A stretch of 28,067 nt of DNA. Origin: a virus. Taxonomy: Duplodnaviria > Caudoviricetes. The translations under genes and the position numbers were made by a program. The stretch's first letter is position 1, and the number at the start of each line of letters is the position of its first letter. The notes under the pieces were generated by a model that saw nothing but the letters and a program-made list of their open reading frames with translations, ran no database searches and was not told the origin of the DNA. The DNA lies in the IMG/VR virus record IMGVR_UViG_3300024258_000098, positions 1 through 28,067 of that record. One strand, 5' to 3'. Positions 1 to 6,351 of the stretch are shown piece by piece.

Positions 1-28
1 ACGCTCCATTTTAATAAGGAATAAAAAA

Positions 29-919
29 ATGAATAATGAAAAAACAATGGAAAGGCTTAAAAAAGAGATTAAGTTTTTAGAATATAAAATAAATAATGAA
101 TGTAAAATAGATAGAGAAGAAAAATACAAATTAAGCAAACAATATCACAGTTTAAAACTTGAATTATTAAATTTAATACAAAATGAAGGTAAGGCAAGAC
201 CAGGTATAGTTGCAGCAGATTATATTAAGACTTTTAATTCTAAACCAAAAAAACTTAAATTAGAAAGTGGTATTAAGCCATTAGATGATAAGTTAGGAGG
301 TGGTGTAGAGCATGGTTCTTTTATAACATTAGGTGGTGCAAGTCATACTGGTAAGTCTTATATAACTTTTGAAATATTAGCAAATATGGCAAAGGTGAAT
401 AGCACAGTATTTTTTAATTTTGAAATGGCAGAAGCAAAGGTAGTTAGAAAATTAGAAAAGTTCTGTAAAACAGAAAATCAATTAAAAAACTTAATAGTAG
501 ATGATGAAAGTAGAGGATTAGATAGTTTAATAATGGAAATAACATTATATGCAGATAGTGGTGTTCAATTATTTGTTATAGATAGTATGATGAAAATTGA
601 AAGTCCTACAAAGGAACAACATATTCATTTTAGTAATATTAGTAAGGCATTAAGTAAATTAGCACAAACAAAAAACATTGTAATAATTTTAATTAACCAA
701 ATATCAGAAGAAGATTTAAAGTCTGGTAGATTAAGTTTTAAGGGTAGTGGTAATATTATGTATGATAGTGATATATCAATATTCTTAACAAAAGATGAAG
801 ATGGAAAAAAACATATGACAATAGCAAAGAATAGACAAACAGAAGAACTATTCACAATGGATATCTTTTTAGATGAACAAGGTTCTACATATGCCAAGAA
901 CATAAAAGAATGGTATTAA
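29..919 (+). CDS. DnaB-like / RecA-fold helicase ATPase with no primase domain
   Basis: Walker A GASHTGKS, catalytic Glu in FNFEM, Walker B VIDS, DnaB-type motifs LINQ and KGSGNIMYDSD, arginine finger AKNR; AAGGA RBS upstream. Confidence 0.8.
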   Translation: MNNEKTMERLKKEIKFLEYKINNECKIDREEKYKLSKQYHSLKLELLNLIQNEGKARPGIVAADYIKTFNSKPKKLKLESGIKPLDDKLGGGVEHGSFITLGGASHTGKSYITFEILANMAKVNSTVFFNFEMAEAKVVRKLEKFCKTENQLKNLIVDDESRGLDSLIMEITLYADSGVQLFVIDSMMKIESPTKEQHIHFSNISKALSKLAQTKNIVIILINQISEEDLKSGRLSFKGSGNIMYDSDISIFLTKDEDGKKHMTIAKNRQTEELFTMDIFLDEQGSTYAKNIKEWY

Positions 920-947
920 ATATATTGTATAAAATAGGTATAAAATT

Positions 948-980
948 AGGGAGGTAGGTAAAACTACTTCCCTTTTTTTT
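948..980 (+). terminator. Intrinsic terminator after the helicase gene
   Basis: AGGGAGGTAG (948-957) pairs with CTACTTCCCT (964-973) with one G-U, 6-nt loop, followed by a T run. Confidence 0.85.
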
Positions 981-990
981 GGTTTACTAA

Positions 991-1012
991 ATATGGCAGT
1001 TACCATTAGAAG
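991..1012 (+). promoter_or_regulatory. Putative phage promoter/operator motif, copy 1
   Basis: ATATGGCAGTTACCATTAGAAG; intergenic, immediately after the terminator. Confidence 0.7.
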
Positions 1013-1165
1013 CAAGTTAAGCAAACTTATTAGTGGAAGATATAATCATTTGATACAAATGATGATTAGGATTTCCACCCAGGGGTTAGATACAACAAAA
1101 ACATAGTTATCAATGTTATACAACACAAAAAAACCAAGAGGGAGTATGTATTAAGGAAGATATAC

Positions 1166-1187
1166 CCTCGTATGGTAGCCGCCATTC
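1166..1187 (-). promoter_or_regulatory. Putative phage promoter/operator motif, antisense copy
   Basis: Minus strand reads GAATGGCGGCTACCATACGAGG; the 14-nt core is identical to that of the copy at 1351. Confidence 0.6.
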
Positions 1188-1300
1188 TGATAATCATTAT
1201 CAGTTTGTTTTTATTCTGTAGAACATTGTTGTTAAGTATAACATTGTTGTTATATTTATTATTGTTATGGCATAAGCCAACTAACATTTCACAACTAAAG

Positions 1301-1346
1301 TTGTTCATTCTGGTTTTTGACATCATACTTTTTGTTCATTCTGGTT
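1301..1346 (+). repeat. 15-bp direct repeat, two copies
   Basis: TTGTTCATTCTGGTT at 1301-1315 and 1332-1346. Confidence 0.85.
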
Positions 1347-1350
1347 GATA

Positions 1351-1372
1351 ATATGGCGGCTACCATTAGTAG
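1351..1372 (+). promoter_or_regulatory. Putative phage promoter/operator motif at the start of the structural operon
   Basis: ATATGGCGGCTACCATTAGTAG, just upstream of the AGGAG RBS and ATG at 1391. Confidence 0.7.
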
Positions 1373-1390
1373 AAACAAAAAGGAGAAAAA

Positions 1391-1561
1391 ATGAACATAA
1401 GAATATTAACAAAAGACAATATAGATGAAGTTATAGAAAATGTTAAATCAATGATAATTGTTGAAGATAGACTGATAGTTAGAGGTAATATGACATATAC
1501 ATATATAATGGATGAAGTTTTGTTTATGCAAACATATGATGTACGTAACAATGGACAATAA
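1391..1561 (+). CDS. Hypothetical 56-aa protein (absent from the ORF track)
   Basis: MNIRILTKDNIDEVIENVKSMIIVEDRLIVRGNMTYTYIMDEVLFMQTYDVRNNGQ; AAGGAG RBS; stop abuts the next ATG. Confidence 0.75.
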   Translation: MNIRILTKDNIDEVIENVKSMIIVEDRLIVRGNMTYTYIMDEVLFMQTYDVRNNGQ

Positions 1562-1562
1562 T

Positions 1563-1718
1563 ATGACATTAAATAACTTGATAGATATATTAGAAAAAAT
1601 GGTTCCTGATAGAATACCAAGAGAAAAATTAGAAGATTTTGATTTAGGTAAACTTGTAGGTAATATAGAAATAATAGACTATATAAAAAGTCTAACAAAT
1701 AATAAGGAAGGTAAGTAA
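1563..1718 (+). CDS. Small protein of the kind found upstream of the portal gene in T7-like phages (51 aa; start revised from 1512)
   Basis: MTLNNLIDILEKMVPDRIP...GKLVGNIEIIDYIKSL; ATG at 1563 follows the upstream stop; position and LIxxLExxxPD pattern. Confidence 0.65.
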   Translation: MTLNNLIDILEKMVPDRIPREKLEDFDLGKLVGNIEIIDYIKSLTNNKEGK

Positions 1719-1719
1719 T

Positions 1720-1923
1720 ATGGGTGGATTATTCGGCGGGAGCAAGGCTCCAGCACCAGCTCCAGCACCAGCTCCAATAGCTCCAGTTGAGGAAGCAAAA
1801 TTAGAGACAGGCGTTAGTAATAAACAAATTAAAGAGAAATCTTTGAAAGATAAATTAAAAATAAAAAAAGTAAAACCAACAAACACACTAAATAGTGGTG
1901 TAGGTCTTGGTAGAATAGAATAA
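1720..1923 (+). CDS. Small virion/tail assembly protein (T7 gp6.7/gp7.3-like position)
   Basis: MGGLFGG start, Pro-Ala repeat, Lys-rich middle, GVGLG end; directly upstream of portal. Confidence 0.65.
   Translation: MGGLFGGSKAPAPAPAPAPIAPVEEAKLETGVSNKQIKEKSLKDKLKIKKVKPTNTLNSGVGLGRIE
1747..1776 (+). repeat. 12-bp tandem repeat encoding an Ala-Pro linker
   Basis: GCTCCAGCACCA x2.5. Confidence 0.8.
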
Positions 1924-1936
1924 AAGGTAATTAGAT

Positions 1937-3463
1937 ATGGAAAGTTTAAAAAAAGAATACAATTCATTGGCAATTGATAGAAAAGATATATTAGATAGAG
2001 CTATAGAATGTGCTGAATTGACTATACCTTCTTTATTAACTGATGAAGACCACAAAGAAGCAGATACTCTACCTACTCCATTTCAAAGTTTAGGTAGTAG
2101 AGCTGTAAATAATTTAGGTAGTAAGTTGTTATTAGCATTATTACCACCTAACCAACCATTCTTTAAGTTTATGGCAGATAAGAATGAATTAGCAATAGTT
2201 GAAAAAGAACAACCAGAACAAGCAGAACAAATTAAAAACACATTAAGAAGTTTAGAAGATATTATAGCATCAACAGTAGAAATAGAAGGAATTAGAGTAA
2301 GTGCATTCCATATGTTTAAATTGTTAATATCAACAGGTAATGTATTAGTATTCAAACAACCAAATAATGGTATAAAAGTTTTAGATTTAAGTCAATATGT
2401 AATAAAAAGAAGTGGAGATGGTTCAATACTTAAAATTATTATTAAAGAACAAACAAATAAAACTAATTTGCCAGAAGATGTGCAAAGTCAAATAAAAGAA
2501 CCAGACCAATTCAAACAATATGATATCTATACAGGTATTATATTAAATGAAGAAGGTAAATTCGATGTATGGCAAGAAGTTGAAGAAATTAAAATAGAAC
2601 AATCAGTAGGAAAATATGATAAAGACACATTACCTTGGTTAGCATTAAGATGGACAGCTATAAGTAATGAAAATTATGGTAGAGGTTTAGTTGAACAATA
2701 CATTGGAGATTTAAGAAGTTTAGAAGCATTAACACAAGCAATTGTAGAAGGTTCAGCAGCATCAAGTAAGGTATTATTTATGGTTAATCCTATGGGTGCT
2801 ACAAAAGCAAAAGATGTAGCAAAAGCAAGTAATGGAGCAATTATAGAAGGAAATGCGAATGAGGTGACTACATTACAAGTTCAAAAAGCACACGATATGA
2901 CAGTTGCATATAATACACAAAATGATATACAAAGAAGATTAGCAAGTGCATTCTTATTAAATGAAAGTGCAAGAAGAGATAGTGAAAGAACAACAGCATA
3001 TGAAGTTCAGTTAATGGCAAGTGAATTAGAAGATGCATTAGGTGGTATATATAGTATATTATCTATTGACTTTCAACAACCATTAGTAAGATTACTGATG
3101 AAAGAACAAAAAATTAAATTAGATACTGATTTAGTTAAGCCAGTAGTAGTATCTGGTTTAGATGCATTATCAAGAACGCATGATTTCAATAAACTAACTA
3201 CATTTAGTCAAACATTACAAAGTATATTAGGCCCTGAAATATTTAATCAGTATGCCAATGTATCAGTATTTATTGAAAGGGTTGCAGATAGTTTAAATAT
3301 AGATAGTGAAGGTTTAATTAAAACACAACAATCTATACAACAAGAACAACAAGAACAAATGATGCAACAAGCAGACCAAGTAGCAATGCAACAAATGGCA
3401 GCAAGTGGTGGTGAAGCATTAATTCAAGGTGCAGCACAAGAATTAGGTAATCAACCAGAATAA
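1937..3463 (+). CDS. Portal / head-tail connector (T7 gp8-like)
   Basis: CAELTIPSL, TPFQSLGSRAVNNLGSKLLLALLPP, ENYGRGLVEQYIGDL, ERTTAYEV, ELEDALGGIYSIL motifs; 508 aa. Confidence 0.96.
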   Translation: MESLKKEYNSLAIDRKDILDRAIECAELTIPSLLTDEDHKEADTLPTPFQSLGSRAVNNLGSKLLLALLPPNQPFFKFMADKNELAIVEKEQPEQAEQIKNTLRSLEDIIASTVEIEGIRVSAFHMFKLLISTGNVLVFKQPNNGIKVLDLSQYVIKRSGDGSILKIIIKEQTNKTNLPEDVQSQIKEPDQFKQYDIYTGIILNEEGKFDVWQEVEEIKIEQSVGKYDKDTLPWLALRWTAISNENYGRGLVEQYIGDLRSLEALTQAIVEGSAASSKVLFMVNPMGATKAKDVAKASNGAIIEGNANEVTTLQVQKAHDMTVAYNTQNDIQRRLASAFLLNESARRDSERTTAYEVQLMASELEDALGGIYSILSIDFQQPLVRLLMKEQKIKLDTDLVKPVVVSGLDALSRTHDFNKLTTFSQTLQSILGPEIFNQYANVSVFIERVADSLNIDSEGLIKTQQSIQQEQQEQMMQQADQVAMQQMAASGGEALIQGAAQELGNQPE

Positions 3464-3484
3464 AACGGCGGTTGCCATTAGAAT
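3463..3484 (+). promoter_or_regulatory. Putative phage promoter motif upstream of scaffold (T7 phi9-equivalent position)
   Basis: AAACGGCGGTTGCCATTAGAAT in the 43-nt portal-scaffold gap. Confidence 0.7.
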
Positions 3485-3506
3485 AAAAACAAAGGAATAA
3501 TATAGA

Positions 3507-4289
3507 ATGGAAAAAACAACAGAAGAAGTAGAACAACATAATCAAGATATGTTGAACAAGTTTGATGAAAATCAAGAAAGAGTGAATAATGAACTTAAAA
3601 CAGATGAAGAAAAAATGTATGCTGGAAAGTTCAATAATGTTGAAGATTTAGAAAAATCTTATCAAGAATTACAAAAGAAGTTAGGAAACAATTTAAATGA
3701 AGAAAAATCTAATGAGGATGGTGATCAAGATGTATCTGAAACTGTAAAAGAAAACACAGAGACACCTTCAACAGAAGAAGCAAAAAATCTGACAGAAGAT
3801 AAAGGTTTTAATTTTGATGAATTATCAGCAGAATATCAAGAAAATGGAGACTTAACAGAAGAAACTTATAAAAAGTTAGAAGAAGCAGGTATTCCAAAAG
3901 CAATGGTTGATAACTATGTTCAAGGACAACAAGCAGTTGTAGAAAAGAAAGCACAAGACATCTATAATACAATAGGTGGCGAAGGTGAATATCAATCAAT
4001 GATTTCTTGGGCAAGTGATAATCTATCAGATGCAGATAAAGATGCATTCAATAGTGCAATAAATGTAAATGATGCAGTAGCAACATTCACTATACAGAGT
4101 TTATATAACAGATATAAGACAGAAACACCAGGACAATTAGTTAATGGTGATAAAAACACATCTAATCAAGGTTTAGGTTATGAAACAAAAACTGAAATGA
4201 TGAAAGATATGTCTTCACAAGCATACAAAAAAGACCCTACTTTTAGAGCAATGGTTCAAAGAAAAGTAGAAAAAACAAATTGGTTATAG
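3507..4289 (+). CDS. Capsid assembly scaffold protein (T7 gp9-like)
   Basis: YAGKF..EDLEKSYQELQKKLG, GGEGEYQSMISWASDNL, YKKDPTFRAMV; acidic; lies between portal and capsid. Confidence 0.93.
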   Translation: MEKTTEEVEQHNQDMLNKFDENQERVNNELKTDEEKMYAGKFNNVEDLEKSYQELQKKLGNNLNEEKSNEDGDQDVSETVKENTETPSTEEAKNLTEDKGFNFDELSAEYQENGDLTEETYKKLEEAGIPKAMVDNYVQGQQAVVEKKAQDIYNTIGGEGEYQSMISWASDNLSDADKDAFNSAINVNDAVATFTIQSLYNRYKTETPGQLVNGDKNTSNQGLGYETKTEMMKDMSSQAYKKDPTFRAMVQRKVEKTNWL

Positions 4290-4375
4290 AATAAGGTTGT
4301 TTCCTAACAAATAAAAAGGAAAGGCCTTATAGTCCGTAAAGACTTAAAACTACTATAACTCCTCTGTTTTAATAA

Positions 4376-4413
4376 ATGTAGGTAGGTTTTTTTCATTCCT
4401 ACCTATATTTTTT
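4376..4413 (+). terminator. Terminator-like hairpin between scaffold and capsid
   Basis: ATGTAGGTAGG (4376-4386) pairs with CCTACCTATAT (4398-4408) with one G-U, followed by a T run. Confidence 0.65.
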
Positions 4414-4433
4414 AGAATTGTTGATTTATATGC

Positions 4434-4550
4434 CCTATGTGCAAAATTACTGCGGTAATAAACTTATAGGATACCATTAAAAAGAAACAGATTAAAAGAA
4501 AACAGATAAAGTATCTAACAGATAAGACAGCCTTATACAAGGCACATAGG
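4434..4550 (+). promoter_or_regulatory. Structured leader of the capsid gene
   Basis: ATTAC-TGCG-GTAAT hairpin (4446-4459, cUNCGg loop); CCTATG(TGC) at 4434-4442 is complementary to both 4465-4470 and 4542-4550. Confidence 0.5.
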
Positions 4551-4628
4551 TGGTTTATATATAACATAAACTTAACAACATTATAAGTAAAACTTATAAA
4601 ACAATTATATACATAAAAGGCAAACAAA

Positions 4629-5546
4629 ATGGCACAAAATCCAAGTAATATGATAGGAACATCAAGAACTGATGGAGTATCAAATAAAGACATCGCATTA
4701 AAAATCTTCTCATCTGAAGTATTAACAGCATTTGAAACAAAGAATATATTTTTAGAATTAGTTCAATCAAGAACTATAGCAAACGGTAAATCAGCATCAT
4801 TTCCAGTAATCGGAGCATTTGATAGCTCTGTAAGAACACACGTTCCAGGAACAGATGTAGTTGCAGATACAATAGCATCTGGTGAAAGAGTAATCTCTAT
4901 TGATGATTTAAAATATGCATCAGTATTTGTAGATAACTATGAAGAAGCAATGGCTCACTATGAAGTAAGAACTCAATATTCTACTGAAATGGGTAGAAAA
5001 TTAGCAAAAGAAATTGATGCAGGTGTAATTTCACAATTAACTGCATGTATCACTGCAACTCCAGCAGTAGGTCAACCAACAGTTCAAGGTGCAGCATATG
5101 GTGCAGGACTTTTAGCAGCAGACACTGATGAAGAAAAAGGTGGAAAAATCTTAAAAGCAATCTTCAAAGCACAAACAGAATTAGACAGTAAAGACGTTCC
5201 AGGTGAAAGATTTATTGTTGTAAGACCAGAAGAAAAATACTTATTAGTTAATTCTAATGCAGTAAATAAAGACTACACTAACACTAATGGTGGATTAGAT
5301 ACTGGTAATGTTGAAATGGTAGCAGGATTAAAAATCTTAACTTCTAACAACTTAGCAGCAAATCAAATTATTGTTGGAACTGAAAATGCAGTAGGTGTTG
5401 TTAAATTATTAGACTTAAAAACAGAGTCTAACTATGACTTTAACAAATTAGGATACCTTATGACTTCATCTTATGCATTGGGAATGGGTATTTTAAATCC
5501 AGGATGTGTGTTTATTATAGACGCTACTCAAGCAGAAGAAGTATAA
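4629..5546 (+). CDS. Major capsid protein (T7 gp10A-like)
   Basis: ALKIFSSEVLTAFE, RTIANGKSASFPVIG, HYEVRTQYSTEMGRKLA, YALGMGILNP motifs; 305 aa. Confidence 0.96.
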   Translation: MAQNPSNMIGTSRTDGVSNKDIALKIFSSEVLTAFETKNIFLELVQSRTIANGKSASFPVIGAFDSSVRTHVPGTDVVADTIASGERVISIDDLKYASVFVDNYEEAMAHYEVRTQYSTEMGRKLAKEIDAGVISQLTACITATPAVGQPTVQGAAYGAGLLAADTDEEKGGKILKAIFKAQTELDSKDVPGERFIVVRPEEKYLLVNSNAVNKDYTNTNGGLDTGNVEMVAGLKILTSNNLAANQIIVGTENAVGVVKLLDLKTESNYDFNKLGYLMTSSYALGMGILNPGCVFIIDATQAEEV

Positions 5547-5566
5547 TAATTATACCCCTCAAAACT

Positions 5567-5606
5567 AAAATATTATAGGTGATTTTCATCTATAATATTT
5601 TTTTTT
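5567..5606 (+). terminator. Terminator after capsid gene (T7 Tphi-equivalent position)
   Basis: AAAATATTATAGGTGA / TCATCTATAATATTTT inverted repeat with one G-U, running into a long T tract. Confidence 0.8.
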
Positions 5607-5644
5607 CAAAATCAATAGTCGATAATAATCAATAAAGAGGAAAA

Positions 5645-5746
5645 ATGGAACTAATAGAAATAATAATAATGATAGGTGTATGGGTAAATGTTTTTATCCA
5701 AGGTAGTTGGTTTTATATAGACCTAACAAAAAATAAAAAAAAATAA
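5645..5746 (+). CDS. Putative 33-aa single-pass membrane peptide (absent from the ORF track)
   Basis: MELIEIIIMIGVWVNVFIQGSWFYIDLTKNKKK; AGAGGA RBS; hydrophobic core with basic tail; stop lies just before the RBS of the next gene. Confidence 0.6.
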   Translation: MELIEIIIMIGVWVNVFIQGSWFYIDLTKNKKK

Positions 5747-5758
5747 AAGGAAAATAAA

Positions 5759-6346
5759 ATGAAAATAAGAAATGAAGCAATAAATATATGTCTGCAAAAT
5801 ATAGGTGAACCATTATTAGGTGTTGATGAAGTGCATACAGGAATATTTGAAGCAGAACAAGCATACTTTATAATAAATCAAACAACAACAGAAATATTAA
5901 GTGAAGGTTGGATAATTAATACAGATGAAGAATGGCCATTATCAAAGAACGAAGATGATTATATTGCAGTTCCACCAAATGTTTTAACATTAAAAACAAG
6001 TGATAGAACTTTAAATATAGTAGTGAAAGATTATAAATTATACAATAAAGATACTCATACATACAAATTTGAAGATGTAGAAAATATAAAATGTGATATA
6101 GCATGGGATTTAGATTTTGATGATTTACCATATTCTTTTCAACAATATATAACATTAAGAGCAGCAAGAATACTTGCAGAAAGATTAGATAGTAATACTA
6201 ATTTATTACAAGTAATGTTAAGAGATGAAGATAATGCAAGAAGAAAATTAGAAAGATTTGAAAATGAACAGAATGATTATTCTATATTTGATAATGACAA
6301 TGTTAGCAGAATAATAGATAGAACAACTAACCCTACAAGGAGATAA
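5759..6346 (+). CDS. Tail tubular protein A / adaptor (T7 gp11-like)
   Basis: AINICLQNIGEP, ILSEGWIINT, LDFDDLPYSFQQYITLRAAR motifs; 195 aa. Confidence 0.93.
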   Translation: MKIRNEAINICLQNIGEPLLGVDEVHTGIFEAEQAYFIINQTTTEILSEGWIINTDEEWPLSKNEDDYIAVPPNVLTLKTSDRTLNIVVKDYKLYNKDTHTYKFEDVENIKCDIAWDLDFDDLPYSFQQYITLRAARILAERLDSNTNLLQVMLRDEDNARRKLERFENEQNDYSIFDNDNVSRIIDRTTNPTRR

Positions 6347-6351
6347 TAGTT

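Noticed and set aside
1066-1326. Minus-strand 86-aa Asn-rich ORF
   Set aside because: No RBS, low complexity derived from TTG/TTA repeats, and it runs through the motif and hairpin elements.
1222-1346. Possible mini CRISPR array
   Set aside because: Only two copies each of 13- and 15-bp repeats with 5- and 16-nt gaps; too short and no cas genes.
4352-4390. Resemblance to a twister ribozyme (TAACTCC...TAAATGTAG)
   Set aside because: The conserved central pseudoknot elements are missing and the 3' part is explained by the terminator-like stem.
4462-4483. Degenerate promoter copy before the capsid gene (ACTTATAGGATACCATTAAAAA)
   Set aside because: Lacks the invariant GGC and the +1 G; overlaps the leader stem.
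5520-5560. T7 10A/10B-type capsid frameshift extension
   Set aside because: No evident slippery site, tandem TAA stops, and no long alternative frame before the terminator.
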